Source: an uncultured Pelagibacteraceae bacterium (GTDB lineage Bacteria; Pseudomonadota; Alphaproteobacteria; Pelagibacterales; Pelagibacteraceae). Taken from it: a stretch of 64,000 nt of DNA. The stretch is from assembly GCA_902611635.1 (NCBI GenBank), contig CACMAB010000001.1:73052-137051 (forward strand). Reading direction: 5' to 3'. Positions 53,534 to 64,000 of the stretch are shown in pieces (positions within the stretch are counted from its first letter, which is position 1; each line of letters begins with the position of its first letter). The notes beneath the pieces are model-generated. The model was not told the DNA's origin and ran no database searches. It saw nothing but the letters and a program-made list of their open reading frames with translations. Made by a program: the position numbers and the translations under genes.

Positions 53534-54745
53534 TTATAATTTTTCAAAAATTAAAGCAGCGTTAGTTCCACCAAAACCAAAACTATTAGACATTACTGTG
53601 TTTAAAGTGGAATTAGTTTCAGTTTTTGAAACTATTGGAAATTTTTTAGCATCCTCATCCATTTCAGAAATATTTGCTGATCCAGCAATAAAATTATTTT
53701 TCATCATAATTAAGCAATATATGGCCTCATGAACTGATGCAGCACCTAAAGGGTGGCCAGATAAAGACTTTGTTGAGCTTATTTTTGGAATTTCTACCCC
53801 AAAGGTTTCCTTGATAGCCTTTAGTTCAGTTATGTCACCTACTGGTGTAGAAGTTCCATGAGTATTAATATAATCAATTTTGTTTTTAGTGGTTGCCATT
53901 GCCATTTTCATACACCTTACAGCTCCTTCTCCAGATGGAGCTACCATGTCATATCCATCTGAGGTGGCACCATAACCTGTCAATTCTGCATAAATTTTGG
54001 CACCCCTAGCTTTTGCGTGCTCATATTCTTCTAAAACTAATACACCCGCTCCACCAGCGATTACAAACCCATCTCTAGTTTTGTCATATGCTCTTGATGC
54101 TGATTGAGGTGTATCATTATATTTGGACGATAGAGCAGTCATGGCATCAAACATAGCTGTCATTGCCCAATGTATTTCTTCACTTCCACCAGCAAAAACA
54201 ATATCCTGTTTTCCCATTTGAATTAATTCCATTGAATTTCCAATGCAGTGACCACTAGTTGCACATGCGGAACTCATTGTATAATTAGTTCCTTTGATTT
54301 TGAATGGAACTGCTAAAGTAGCAGATGCGGTACTTGCCATGGTTCTTGGAACTATAAAAGGACCCATTAATTTTGGGGTTTTTGCTCTTGTTTTGTCAGC
54401 CGCTAAAATTACGTTTTCAATTGAAGGCCCTCCAGATCCCATGACTATACCGGTACTAAAATTACTTACTTCTTTTTCCTCAAGACCAGAATCTTTGATC
54501 GCCTCTTTCATCGCAATATAGTTATAAGCTGATCCTGAACCCATAAATCGAATTGTTTTTCTATCTATATGATCTTCAAGTTTGATTTTTGGTTTACCAT
54601 GAACATGACTTTTTAAATTATGCTCTTTATACTCTTCAGCAAATGAGATTCCTGATTTTGAATTTAATAAAGATTGATGAACTTCTTCTTGATTATTACC
54701 CAAACAAGAAACTACACCCAAACCAGTTATTACAACTCTTCTCAT
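53534..54745 (-). CDS. fabB: beta-ketoacyl-ACP synthase I
   Basis: [27 protein letters not shown]; in fabA-fabB-fabI operon. Confidence 0.96.
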   Translation of the reverse strand: MRRVVITGLGVVSCLGNNQEEVHQSLLNSKSGISFAEEYKEHNLKSHVHGKPKIKLEDHIDRKTIRFMGSGSAYNYIAMKEAIKDSGLEEKEVSNFSTGIVMGSGGPSIENVILAADKTRAKTPKLMGPFIVPRTMASTASATLAVPFKIKGTNYTMSSACATSGHCIGNSMELIQMGKQDIVFAGGSEEIHWAMTAMFDAMTALSSKYNDTPQSASRAYDKTRDGFVIAGGAGVLVLEEYEHAKARGAKIYAELTGYGATSDGYDMVAPSGEGAVRCMKMAMATTKNKIDYINTHGTSTPVGDITELKAIKETFGVEIPKISSTKSLSGHPLGAASVHEAIYCLIMMKNNFIAGSANISEMDEDAKKFPIVSKTETNSTLNTVMSNSFGFGGTNAALIFEKL

Positions 54746-55245
54746 TATTTAAATAACCCCACTTTTAAATTGTCCGCTGAATAAATTTTTTTTTCGTCTG
54801 CTAATAATATCCCATTAGCCAAACCAACAGTTGTACCACCAGGAGACATAATTTTTTTCATATCGATTTCATATTTGACTAATTTAACATTTTGTAAAAC
54901 TTCTCCTGTAAATTTTACTGTTCCAACGCCTAAGGCTCTGCCTTTTCCAGGATTTCCAATCCAGCCTAAATAAAATCCTACGAGTTGCCACATAGCATCA
55001 AGTCCAAGACATCCTGGCATCACAGGATCTTCTTTAAAATGACAATCAAAAAACCAAAGGTCTTTCTTTATATCTAATTCAGCTTTTAAAGAGCCTTTTT
55101 TAAAAGCACCATCCTTGTCATTAATTTCTGTAATTCTATCAAACATCAACATTGGTGGAAGTGGTAATTTTGCATTCCCTGGACCAAAAAGACCTCCGTT
55201 TCCGCAACTTATAAGTTCTTCATAAGAATAGGAGTTTTTTTTCAT
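54745..55245 (-). CDS. fabA: 3-hydroxydecanoyl-ACP dehydratase/isomerase
   Basis: [28 protein letters not shown]; start placed at ATG 55245 behind AAGGTGAT RBS. Confidence 0.97.
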   Translation of the reverse strand: MKKNSYSYEELISCGNGGLFGPGNAKLPLPPMLMFDRITEINDKDGAFKKGSLKAELDIKKDLWFFDCHFKEDPVMPGCLGLDAMWQLVGFYLGWIGNPGKGRALGVGTVKFTGEVLQNVKLVKYEIDMKKIMSPGGTTVGLANGILLADEKKIYSADNLKVGLFK

Positions 55246-55294
55246 AAAATAGATCACCTTAATACTTGATTTTAACCCATTATAATATACATAA

Positions 55295-55315
55295 AGTTTA
55301 GAATAATTATAATTT
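55295..55315. promoter_or_regulatory. ICE/Per-like operator upstream of irr
   Basis: AGTTTAGAATAATTATAATTT, 3 bp before the irr ATG; near-copy of the box at 55801. Confidence 0.65.
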
Positions 55316-55318
55316 ACA

Positions 55319-55747
55319 ATGTTAAAAAATAGCGAATTTGTTAACAAATTAAGAAATTCTTGTCTAAGACCAACTAAACAACGACTTAAAATTTGTGAAG
55401 TCTTATTTAATAGAGACAAAACGTTTCACTTTACCATTAATGATTTAGCAAAAATTATTTCACAAAAGTTTAATGAAAAAATATCACTAGCTACAATTTA
55501 CAATACAGTTCATGCTTTTAAAGATAAAGGTTATTTAAAAGAAATTACGATCAGTAGTGATAAAAGTTATTTTGATACCAATATTACTAAACATCATCAT
55601 TTTTATGATGAGGATACAAATTTACTTATAGATTGTAATGATAACGAAATTGGAAAAGTTAATATCAAAAATAATATTACAGGAAAAAAAATTAGTTCTG
55701 TTGAAGTTTTAGTAAGAGTTGCGAGTGATACTCAAAATCAGAATTAA
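55319..55747 (+). CDS. irr: iron response regulator Irr (Fur family)
   Basis: [25 protein letters not shown] motif; divergent from fabA as in other alphaproteobacteria. Confidence 0.85.
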   Translation: MLKNSEFVNKLRNSCLRPTKQRLKICEVLFNRDKTFHFTINDLAKIISQKFNEKISLATIYNTVHAFKDKGYLKEITISSDKSYFDTNITKHHHFYDEDTNLLIDCNDNEIGKVNIKNNITGKKISSVEVLVRVASDTQNQN

Positions 55748-55769
55748 AAAAATCAATCTGTCTAAATTT

Positions 55770-55821
55770 ATATTATAATCATTCTAAATTGTTGACATTT
55801 AGTTTAGAACTATTATAAATT
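55770..55821 (+). promoter_or_regulatory. katG promoter with two ICE/Per-like operators flanking a TTGACA -35
   Basis: ATATTATAATCATTCTAAATT (55770-55790), TTGACA (55792-55797), AGTTTAGAACTATTATAAATT (55801-55821) overlapping the putative -10. Confidence 0.75.
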
Positions 55822-55856
55822 CACTATTCTATAACCATGGGGGAAATATTAAAATT

Positions 55857-58094
55857 ATGAGTACTGAAAATTTCAAAAACAAGTCTTTTAAAGCTAATCA
55901 AATGAGCAAGTGTCCTTTTACCGGAGCGGGAACACCAGCAAAGTTTTCTGCAGGTAGAGGTCAAACAGTAAGGGACTTTTGGCCAAATAGTTTAAATCTT
56001 AAAATTCTTAGTCAGCATTCAAATTTATCAAACCCTATGGATAAAAAATTCAGTTATGCAAAAGAATTTAAAAAATTAAATTATAAAGCACTAAAAAAAG
56101 ATCTAAAAAAATTGATGACAGATTCACAAGATTGGTGGCCAGCAGATTATGGTCATTATGGTCCGTTATTTATTAGACTAGCTTGGCATGCTGCAGGAAC
56201 TTACAGAACTGGTGATGGTAGAGGTGGAGCAGGAACAGGTAATCAAAGATTTGCGCCACTTAATTCTTGGCCAGATAACGTAAACTTAGATAAAGCCAGA
56301 TTACTTTTATGGCCTATTAAAAAGAAATATGGAAGAAAAATTTCATGGGCAGATTTATTCATCCTTGTTGGAAATGTGGCCTTAGACTCAATGGGTTTTA
56401 AAACTTTTGGTTTTGGAGCTGGCAGAACTGATATTTGGGAACCAGAGGATGATATTTATTGGGGTTCAGAAAAAGAAATGTTAGGTGTGGAACGATATAG
56501 CGGAAAAAGAGATTTAGAACAGCCATTAGGAGCTTCACATATGGGTTTAATTTATGTAAATCCGCAAGGTCCTGATGCTAATCCAGATCCAAAACTAGCA
56601 GCGCATGATATTAGAGAGACATTTGGTAGAATGGCTATGAATGACTATGAGACAGCAGCATTAGTCGCTGGAGGACATACGTTTGGAAAATCTCATGGTG
56701 CAGCATCAGAGTCGTATAAAGGACCGGATCCTGAAGCTTCAAGACTTCAAGACCAGTCAACAGGATGGAATAGTGGATATAAATCTGGAAAAGGTGTTGA
56801 TACAATAAGTAGTGGTATTGAGGGCGCTTGGACTCAAAATCCAATTCAATGGGATATGGGTTACTTGGATTGTTTATATGGACATGAGTGGGAGCTTACA
56901 AAAAGCCCAGCTGGTGCTCATCAATGGACTCCGAAGAAAAATGGGCAAGAGATTAAAATGGTTCCTGATGCACATCAAAAAGGTGTGCTTCATCCACCAA
57001 TGATGCAAACAACCGACATATCGATGAAAGTTGACCCTAGTTATGGACCTATCACTAAACATTTTCATCAAAATCCAAAAGAGTTTCACGATGCTTTCGC
57101 GAGAGCATGGTTTAAATTAACTCACAGAGATATGGGGCCAAGAGTTTGTTATCTTGGTAGCGAGGTTCCAAAAGAACAACTAATTTGGCAGGATCCAATT
57201 GATAGGCCTAAATACAAACTTAAATCAAAGGATGTTAAAGATTTAAAAAGTAAAATCTCTAAATCAAAAATATCAATTTCAGATTTAGTTTCTACTGCAT
57301 GGGCTTCAGCATCTACGTTCAGAGGCTCTGATAAAAGAGGTGGTGCTAATGGTGCGAGAATAATGTTGGAACCACAAAAAAATTGGAAAGTGAACAATCC
57401 AAAAAAATTATCAAATGTAATTAAAGCTTTAGAAAAAATTAAAAGCAAATTCGATAGTAAAAAGAAAAGTGTTACAATGGCAGATTTAATTGTACTAGCT
57501 GGTGGTGTTGGTATCGAAATGGCTGCAAAAAAAGCTGGCTATAAAGTTCAAGTTCCATTTTCAGCAGGAAGAGGAGATGCAAGACAAGATCAGACTGATG
57601 TTAACTCATTTGGTCTTTTAGAACCACAAGCAGATGGTTTTAGAAACTACCTAAATGGTGGAGCTTCAAATGTTTCTGCAGAGGAAAAACTGGTTGATAA
57701 GGCTCAATTGATGGGTTTAACAGCTCCAGAAATGACTGCACTTGTAGGTGGAATGAGAGTATTAAATACAAACTTTGATGGCTCGAAACATGGTGTTTTT
57801 ACTAACAGACCTGGTTCTCTTACTAACGATTATTTCATAAATCTTTTAGACATGAATACAACTTGGAAAGAGGAAGATAAATCTGAACAAACATTTATTG
57901 GTAAAGATAGAAAAACTCAAAAAACTAAATGGAAGGCGACAAGAGTTGATTTAATTTTTGGTTCAAATTCTCAACTAAGAGCTTTAGCGGAAGTTTATGC
58001 ATGTGAAGATTCGGGTGATAAATTTGTTAAAGATTTTATCGCAGCATGGGTAAAAGTTATGAATTCTGATCGATTTGATTTGAAATTAAACTAA
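55857..58094 (+). CDS. katG: catalase-peroxidase
   Basis: [11 protein letters not shown] distal motif, [14 protein letters not shown] (Met-Tyr-Trp adduct residues), GGHTFGK proximal His, duplicated C-terminal domain. Confidence 0.98.
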   Translation: MSTENFKNKSFKANQMSKCPFTGAGTPAKFSAGRGQTVRDFWPNSLNLKILSQHSNLSNPMDKKFSYAKEFKKLNYKALKKDLKKLMTDSQDWWPADYGHYGPLFIRLAWHAAGTYRTGDGRGGAGTGNQRFAPLNSWPDNVNLDKARLLLWPIKKKYGRKISWADLFILVGNVALDSMGFKTFGFGAGRTDIWEPEDDIYWGSEKEMLGVERYSGKRDLEQPLGASHMGLIYVNPQGPDANPDPKLAAHDIRETFGRMAMNDYETAALVAGGHTFGKSHGAASESYKGPDPEASRLQDQSTGWNSGYKSGKGVDTISSGIEGAWTQNPIQWDMGYLDCLYGHEWELTKSPAGAHQWTPKKNGQEIKMVPDAHQKGVLHPPMMQTTDISMKVDPSYGPITKHFHQNPKEFHDAFARAWFKLTHRDMGPRVCYLGSEVPKEQLIWQDPIDRPKYKLKSKDVKDLKSKISKSKISISDLVSTAWASASTFRGSDKRGGANGARIMLEPQKNWKVNNPKKLSNVIKALEKIKSKFDSKKKSVTMADLIVLAGGVGIEMAAKKAGYKVQVPFSAGRGDARQDQTDVNSFGLLEPQADGFRNYLNGGASNVSAEEKLVDKAQLMGLTAPEMTALVGGMRVLNTNFDGSKHGVFTNRPGSLTNDYFINLLDMNTTWKEEDKSEQTFIGKDRKTQKTKWKATRVDLIFGSNSQLRALAEVYACEDSGDKFVKDFIAAWVKVMNSDRFDLKLN

Positions 58095-58118
58095 TTCTAT
58101 AAAACAGGACAAAAAAAT

Positions 58119-58715
58119 ATGGGAACAGCAAATTTTGAGGACTTCTACGAAGTTCCTAATCTTAATTTTGATATATCAAAGTTGAGAAATGATTTGGATA
58201 AAGTTTTAAAAGCTAAAAAGTTTAACTCTCCAGGGGTTACTCACTTCGGAGCAATACCATTAAATCAAATCCCAAATGATAGAAGTTCTATCGAGGGAAA
58301 TAATATTAGAGGAAAATATTGGACAATTGCCGATGAAACTGGAAAAGAAGTTTCTCGAGATGTTGACATAGATGAGTCAAAATATACTCAATTGGTTCCT
58401 GAATTTGAAAATACTTATTTTAAAGAAGTTTACGACACTTTAAGTAAAAGGTTTAAACTAGGTAGAGTAAGATTATTATTAAAAGAGCCAAGATCGACAT
58501 TAAGCTGGCATAAAGATCCTGAATGTAGACTGCATGTGCCCATCATAACTAATAAGGGCTGTTCAATGGTAATTGAAAATGTAGCAAAACATCTTCCAGC
58601 AGATGGTAAGGTATGGATAACAAATAATACAAAATATCATAATTTTTTTAATGGTGGAGAACAGGCTAGAGTACACCTAGTTGCTTGTGTGCTTGATAGT
58701 CCGTTTAAAAAATAA
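58119..58715 (+). CDS. 2-oxoglutarate/Fe(II) dioxygenase, aspartyl/asparaginyl beta-hydroxylase-like
   Basis: WHKD (HxD), RLHVPIITN, YHNFFN (distal His), RVHLV (2OG-binding Arg). Confidence 0.8.
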   Translation: MGTANFEDFYEVPNLNFDISKLRNDLDKVLKAKKFNSPGVTHFGAIPLNQIPNDRSSIEGNNIRGKYWTIADETGKEVSRDVDIDESKYTQLVPEFENTYFKEVYDTLSKRFKLGRVRLLLKEPRSTLSWHKDPECRLHVPIITNKGCSMVIENVAKHLPADGKVWITNNTKYHNFFNGGEQARVHLVACVLDSPFKK

Positions 58716-58957
58716 TGGAATTAACAACCGGCATATTCAAAGCTGCTGGACAAATTTACACGAATAATAGAGGTTCAATTTTAAGAACCATTATTTATAC
58801 AATCGGTCATTTTGCTATAGCTATAACTGTTTTAATGTTTGTTGCTGATGTCAGCTTTATGATAGCACTAACAGACGCAATAGTTGAACCAATAGCTAAT
58901 TCTATATGGTATTTTATTTTAGATAAGTGGTGGGCGAGTAAATCAAAAAACTCTTAA
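58715..58957 (+). CDS. small membrane protein, DUF2061-like
   Basis: RSxxRTxxY-like start (RGSILRTIIYT), two hydrophobic segments, WYFILDKWW; start overlaps upstream stop. Confidence 0.6.
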   Translation: MELTTGIFKAAGQIYTNNRGSILRTIIYTIGHFAIAITVLMFVADVSFMIALTDAIVEPIANSIWYFILDKWWASKSKNS

Positions 58958-59409
58958 TCTAATACACCCCAAATATTGTCTGTCTTTATCCAACCTTCAA
59001 AATCGTCTGTATTTATTCTGCACCAAATTCCATTGCATTTTTGAACTATTAGAACTCTTCCACTTTTAATTTTAGCCAATGGTTTAGAAAAATTTGTCGG
59101 ATTTTCAAACAAAATTTTGTCTTTTGTGGGAATTATTGAATTTATTTTTTTTAATTGAGACCAATGTATCCATCCGCTGTTGTTTTTAAAATCAATTACT
59201 CTTCGCCAGTTCTCTTTTTTATCAATTTGCTTTAGAGGCAAATTCACTTTTTTATAAATAAACTTTATAGGAGATTCAAAACTCGGTCCATACCTTACAT
59301 TCACTTTACTTTTCTTTAAAGACAAGAAAGTTTCTTGAGTATAACTTAATGAGGTAAAAGATAATAAAAATAAAGTTATAAGAAAAAGTTTAAATTTTTT
59401 TTTTAACAT
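58954..59409 (-). CDS. secreted tandem bacterial SH3-domain protein
   Basis: Signal peptide, VNVRYGPS, WRRV...GWIH, WCRI...GWI. Confidence 0.85.
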   Translation of the reverse strand: MLKKKFKLFLITLFLLSFTSLSYTQETFLSLKKSKVNVRYGPSFESPIKFIYKKVNLPLKQIDKKENWRRVIDFKNNSGWIHWSQLKKINSIIPTKDKILFENPTNFSKPLAKIKSGRVLIVQKCNGIWCRINTDDFEGWIKTDNIWGVLD

Positions 59410-60148
59410 CTTTTAACTTTTTAAATTTAATTTTTCTAAAATTCAGATTTAATAGATCTATAACCAAAACTTGACCATTCAAATTTTTACCGATAGATAA
59501 AATTTTTTTTAAAATTTCATTCGCTTGCATAATTCCTATTATACCAGCCACTGTCCCCAAGATGCCTTCATATTCACAATTTAATATATCGTCTGAAATC
59601 TCATATTCTTGATAAAAAGATCTTATACAAGGTGTTTTTTTATTTTTAAAATCAAAACTAAAAATATGACCATCAAATTTACTTATTGCTCCAGTCACAA
59701 GAAATTTTTTATACTTTCTTGAAACATCATTAATTAAAAACTTTGTTTCAAAATTATCTGATCCATCAATTATGTAGTCATAATTTTTTATAATTTTTTG
59801 ATAATTATTTATATTTAATCTTATTTTATACGCGTTTACTTTTATTTTTGAGTTTATCTTTTTTAATTTTTTTTGAGCAGATTTTATTTTGGATTTTTTT
59901 AAGTCTTCGATGCTGTAAAGACTTTGTCTGTGAATATTTGATAAATTAACAATATCAGGGTCAACAATGCCCAAAACACCTACGCCTGCTCTTGCTAAAA
60001 ACTCAGCTGCAGGACAACCTAAACCCCCCATTCCAATGATTAAAACTTTAGCTCCAATAATTTTTTTTTGACCTAAGCTTCCAATATTTTTTAAAACTAT
60101 TTGTCTTGAAAATCTCTCTATTTGATTTTTATCTAAATTTATATTCAT
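59390..60148 (-). CDS. moeB: HesA/MoeB/ThiF-family adenylyltransferase
   Basis: RFSRQI, GMGGLG, SNIHRQ, DGSDNF. Confidence 0.85.
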   Translation of the reverse strand: MNINLDKNQIERFSRQIVLKNIGSLGQKKIIGAKVLIIGMGGLGCPAAEFLARAGVGVLGIVDPDIVNLSNIHRQSLYSIEDLKKSKIKSAQKKLKKINSKIKVNAYKIRLNINNYQKIIKNYDYIIDGSDNFETKFLINDVSRKYKKFLVTGAISKFDGHIFSFDFKNKKTPCIRSFYQEYEISDDILNCEYEGILGTVAGIIGIMQANEILKKILSIGKNLNGQVLVIDLLNLNFRKIKFKKLKDVKKKI

Positions 60149-60582
60149 TTACCTGTTGAACCAAATCCACCTTTACCTCTGACAGACTTAGGTAAATCAT
60201 TTTTTTCTTCTAATTCCATCTTGACCACAGGCGCTAGGATCATTTGAGCAATTCTATCACCATTATTAATTGAAAAATTTTCATTACCATGATTATAGAT
60301 GATAACCTTTATTTCTCCTCTATAATCACTATCAATTGTTCCTGGAGTGTTTAACACACTAATATTATTTTTGGCTGCTAAACCTGATCTTGGTCTTATT
60401 TGAATCTCGTAATCTTCTGGGAAAGCAACAGATAATCCTGTGGGAATTAAAACAGATGTTTTAGGATCTAGATTAATGGGTTCTTTTATAAATGCGATTA
60501 AGTCTACACCTGATGCACCACTGGTTTTATATTCGGGTAATTGTACAGCTGGGTCAAGTTTTTTGATTAGAACTTTAACCAT
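60145..60582 (-). CDS. dut: dUTP diphosphatase
   Basis: RPRSGLA, GTIDSDYRGE, RIAQ, RGKGGFGSTG. Confidence 0.98.
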   Translation of the reverse strand: MVKVLIKKLDPAVQLPEYKTSGASGVDLIAFIKEPINLDPKTSVLIPTGLSVAFPEDYEIQIRPRSGLAAKNNISVLNTPGTIDSDYRGEIKVIIYNHGNENFSINNGDRIAQMILAPVVKMELEEKNDLPKSVRGKGGFGSTGK

Positions 60583-61787
60583 TAATTTATTTGAGCAACT
60601 ATTCTATCTACAATTTCCTCTGAAATCTCTGACTTCTTTTTTAATGAAAGTTTCTCCTTTTTCATTTTTTCATTTTTATAGAAAATTGTAACCTGATTAT
60701 TTTCATTATCAAAACCACTTTCATCTTTTGAGACATCGTTAGCTATTATCCAGTCGCAATTTTTATCTTTTAATTTTTGCACAGCATTTTTCTCTAAACT
60801 TGTTGTTTCAGCAGCAAAACCTATAACCATTTTTGGTCTCATAGAGTTATGATTAGAAACATAGTTCAAAATATCGATATTCCTTTCCAGGTTTAATGTT
60901 AAATTGTCAATTTTTTTAATCTTTTCTTTATGTTCATAACTAGCTTTGAAATCAGCAACAGCAGCAGCAAATACAGCTATATCAGTCGGAAGATTTTTTT
61001 GAGTGGCCTTAAACATTTCTTCAGCAGTCTCAACTTTGATTAATTTAATATTTTCATCTATTTTTAGGTTTGTAGGTCCAGATATTAAAGTGGTATCAAA
61101 ACCTCTTTTATAGAGCGATTTTGCTATCTCGTAACCCTGTTTACCGCTAGATTTATTTGTAATAAATCTTACAGGGTCTATATATTCATTAGTAGGACCC
61201 GCGGTTACTAGGGCTTTGAGTTTATTATTTTTAATTTTACTTAATAAAAAATTTTGAATTTCTTCATAAATAACTAAAGGTTCAGACATTTTACCTTCAC
61301 CATATTCACCACAAGCCATATCACCTATTTCAGGTCCAATAATTTTGTAGCCAAAATCTTTCAATGTTTTTAGATTATTTTGTGTAGACTGATGTTCCCA
61401 CATCCTAACATTCATTGCTGGAGCTAAAAAAACTTGTTTATTTGAGGCTAATATAACTGTGGATGCTAACTCGTCTGAGTTACCCTGGCTTAATTTAGAA
61501 ATGGTGTTGGCAGTTGTTGGAGCGACGATGATTACATCGGCCCATCTTGATAAAGAAATATGGTCCATTTCTGTCTCATTCTCTAGGCTAAATAAATCAT
61601 CATAAACTTTACCTTGAGATAATGAGGCTACAGATAATGGGGTTACAAACTCCTTTGCACTTTTAGTTAGTATTGTTTTTATTTCAGCATTATTCTTTCT
61701 AAACATTCTTATCGTTTCAAGACTTTTGTAAGCAGAAATTCCACCACATATTATAAAAAGAATTTTTTTGTTTGATAAATCTTTCAT
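60582..61787 (-). CDS. coaBC: phosphopantothenoylcysteine decarboxylase/ligase
   Basis: GGISAYK, APAMN, ACGEYGEG, TAGPT...IDPVRFITNKSSGKQG. Confidence 0.97.
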   Translation of the reverse strand: MKDLSNKKILFIICGGISAYKSLETIRMFRKNNAEIKTILTKSAKEFVTPLSVASLSQGKVYDDLFSLENETEMDHISLSRWADVIIVAPTTANTISKLSQGNSDELASTVILASNKQVFLAPAMNVRMWEHQSTQNNLKTLKDFGYKIIGPEIGDMACGEYGEGKMSEPLVIYEEIQNFLLSKIKNNKLKALVTAGPTNEYIDPVRFITNKSSGKQGYEIAKSLYKRGFDTTLISGPTNLKIDENIKLIKVETAEEMFKATQKNLPTDIAVFAAAVADFKASYEHKEKIKKIDNLTLNLERNIDILNYVSNHNSMRPKMVIGFAAETTSLEKNAVQKLKDKNCDWIIANDVSKDESGFDNENNQVTIFYKNEKMKKEKLSLKKKSEISEEIVDRIVAQIN

Positions 61788-61795
61788 CGACTGAA

Positions 61796-63364
61796 TTAAA
61801 ATATTAAAAGACCAAAAATTACAAGGATTAATAAACCAATAATAGATTGGTTTCTAAAAGCAGTCATTTCTGATTTTTGAGTGTTTAAGGCCGTATAAGA
61901 ATTTGAGTTTTGTGGGATTTGTCCACTAGCAAGATAAGTAAGAGCTTGATTAGCTTTATCCATAATTTCAGGAAATTCCGGTAATCTTTTTATTACTTCA
62001 GATGTATTTTGAAGTGTCTCATTTAGTTTTGTCATTGGATCTTTTGTTTCTTTTAGCCAACTTTCAAGAACTGGTTTTGAAGTGGTCCAAATATTTGTGT
62101 TTGGATTTAATTTTCTAGCTACACCTTCAACAACAACCATTGTTTTCTGTAACATTAGAAGCTGAGGTTGAGTTTGCATGTTAAATTTTTCTGTGACATC
62201 AAATAGTTGCTTTAATAATTTTCCCCCAGAAATATCTTTAACTGCTTGACCAAAAATTGGTTCACCTATGGATCTTAGGGCTTGAGCTAAATCATCTATT
62301 GGAACTTCTTTTGGCACAAGACCTGCAATCAAATGTACTTCAGCAACTTTACGATAATCTCTTTGTATAAAACCAAATAAAATTTCAGCTAAAAATCTTT
62401 TACTCATTTTATCTAATCTACCCATAATTCCAAAATCAATAGGAACAATTTGACCATCATTATCTATGAAAATATTGCCTTGGTGCATATCTGCATGAAA
62501 AAAACCATCTCTTACAGCATGTCTTAAAAAATTTTGAATAATATCTTCTGCAATTTTTTCAGTATTAAATTCTTTATTTTTTAGTTCTTCCGTTTCTCTA
62601 ATAGATATTCCATCCACCCAATCTAGTGTCATTACATTTTCGCTTGTATAATTCCAATAAATTTTAGGAACTCTAAATCCAACATCATTCTTTGTGTTTT
62701 CAGCATATTCATTTGCAGCAGCTGCTTCAAATCTTAAATCCATCTCTAGATTTGTGATTTCTTTTAATAAAAATACTACTTCTACCAGCTTGAGTCTTTT
62801 TGTCTTTTTAATAAATGATTCTATTAAGAAAGCAAAAAGCATTATTGCATCAATCTCCTCATTAAATATTTTTTTTATGTTTGGTCTTAGAATTTTAATT
62901 GCAACGTCCTTAAGAACTCCATTGTCATTAATTTGAGCTTTGTGGACTTGAGCAATTGAAGCAGCAGCAACTGGTTCACTTAAATTTAATATAGAGTCAT
63001 AACTTTCGTTACCTAGATCATTTTTAATTATTTCTTTAGCTTGTAACAGAGAAAATGGTGGCAATTTATCTTGAAGGTTTTCAAGTTTTTTGGAAAGTTC
63101 TTCACCAATTATATCAGGTCTGGTTGCTAAAAATTGACCAAGTTTAATAAAAGTTGTTCCCATTGACTCCAAAGAGTCAGATAGTCTCTCTCCCTCGTCT
63201 TTATTTACATCTATTTGTTTTTTTGGTGAAAAGGAGAATGATAGTATCTTAAATAAAATCTTTATAGATAAAGGTGGTTCCTTAAATTTTGATACAATAT
63301 TTAAAATATCAGAACAAGCTACTTTTCTTCCAAGTTTAAAGAGAATAATTAATTTTTTTACCAT
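61796..63364 (-). CDS. ubiB: ubiquinone biosynthesis kinase-like protein UbiB
   Basis: IKLGQFLATRPD, AASIAQVH, FHADMHQGN, DFG; ATG 63364 overlaps the ubiE TGA. Confidence 0.96.
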   Translation of the reverse strand: MVKKLIILFKLGRKVACSDILNIVSKFKEPPLSIKILFKILSFSFSPKKQIDVNKDEGERLSDSLESMGTTFIKLGQFLATRPDIIGEELSKKLENLQDKLPPFSLLQAKEIIKNDLGNESYDSILNLSEPVAAASIAQVHKAQINDNGVLKDVAIKILRPNIKKIFNEEIDAIMLFAFLIESFIKKTKRLKLVEVVFLLKEITNLEMDLRFEAAAANEYAENTKNDVGFRVPKIYWNYTSENVMTLDWVDGISIRETEELKNKEFNTEKIAEDIIQNFLRHAVRDGFFHADMHQGNIFIDNDGQIVPIDFGIMGRLDKMSKRFLAEILFGFIQRDYRKVAEVHLIAGLVPKEVPIDDLAQALRSIGEPIFGQAVKDISGGKLLKQLFDVTEKFNMQTQPQLLMLQKTMVVVEGVARKLNPNTNIWTTSKPVLESWLKETKDPMTKLNETLQNTSEVIKRLPEFPEIMDKANQALTYLASGQIPQNSNSYTALNTQKSEMTAFRNQSIIGLLILVIFGLLIF

Positions 63365-64000
63365 CAAAATTTCCATCCACTATGAATCGAAACTATTCCG
63401 CCTGATAAATTTCTATAGGTACACTTTTCAAAATTGTTTTTAACCATTGCGTCAATTAATTCCTCTTGGTTTAAAAAATCTTCAATACTTTTAATTAGAT
63501 ATTCATACGGCTGTTTTTCACCAACAACAAACTTACCAATAGAAGGTATTAGTTTAGAGTAATTTTTATAAAGGGTTTCTAAATTTGTGTTCTGAATTTT
63601 TGAAAACTCTAAGCATAAAAAACGACCCCCTGGTTTTAAAACTCTATAAGCCTCAGAAAGAGCCTTATCTATATTGGCAGTGTTTCTTAAACCAAAGCTT
63701 ATAGTATAAAAGTCGAATAAATTATCAGATAAAGGAATTTTTTCGGCTGGAGATATAATCCAATTTATATTTTTAAACTTAGATAACTTTTCTTTCCCTT
63801 TACTTATCATCCCTTTATTTGGATCGACACATGCAATACGAGATAATTCATTTACATGTTTAACAAATAGTTTAGCTATGTCTCCAGTACCACAAGCAAC
63901 ATCAATTAAATTTTGATTACTGGATGGATTCATCATATTTAATAGACTTTTTTTCCACAATCGATGAATCCCCAATGACATAAAATCATTCATTAGATCA
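63364..64000 (-). CDS. ubiE: ubiquinone/menaquinone C-methyltransferase UbiE (5' end outside window)
   Basis: MNDFMSLGIHRLWK, DVACGTGD, FGLRN, LKPGG, CLEFS. Confidence 0.96.
   Translation of the reverse strand, partial: DLMNDFMSLGIHRLWKKSLLNMMNPSSNQNLIDVACGTGDIAKLFVKHVNELSRIACVDPNKGMISKGKEKLSKFKNINWIISPAEKIPLSDNLFDFYTISFGLRNTANIDKALSEAYRVLKPGGRFLCLEFSKIQNTNLETLYKNYSKLIPSIGKFVVGEKQPYEYLIKSIEDFLNQEELIDAMVKNNFEKCTYRNLSGGIVSIHSGWKF

Noticed and set aside
55246-55419. 58-aa N-terminal extension of FabA overlapping irr
   Set aside because: FabA homology begins at MKKNSY with its own RBS; the extension is just an open antisense frame
895-62936. Remaining 60-130 aa ORFs nested in or antisense to core genes
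   Set aside because: Shadow ORFs without motifs, lying within confidently identified genes
1-64000. tRNA, rRNA, CRISPR, integrase, transposase or prophage
   Set aside because: No intergenic space or sequence pattern supporting any of them was seen

Overview
Very AT-rich, extremely gene-dense alphaproteobacterial chromosome segment whose gene content, order and near-absent intergenic space point to SAR11/Pelagibacterales (inference). It covers the origin-proximal core: hemE-hemH-hemJ-rho, mnmE-mnmG-rsmG-parAB (with a parS palindrome inside rsmG), holA-lptE-leuS, a major porin, dapB/nth, grpE-dnaK-dnaJ, maeB, murJ-trpS, tsaB-fur-miaB-phoH-ybeY-lnt-metK, nusA-infB-rbfA-rpsO-pnp, fabA-fabB-fabI, and ubiE-ubiB-coaBC-dut-moeB. 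Several accessory genes interrupt this core: a tandem pair of SPINDLY/OGT-like (GT41) protein glycosyltransferases between rho and mnmE, a GT4 glycosyltransferase, a putative sugar O-methyltransferase, and a katG / 2OG-Fe(II) hydroxylase / DUF2061-like cassette behind irr. Three ICE/Per-like operators lie in this region, one before irr and two in the katG promoter. Features missing from the supplied ORF track include a 39-aa ArfA-like ribosome-rescue peptide gene, a 55-aa two-helix membrane protein, a nusA leader terminator, sigma32-type promoters and two head-to-head gene overlaps. No rRNA, tRNA, CRISPR, IS or prophage was recognised.
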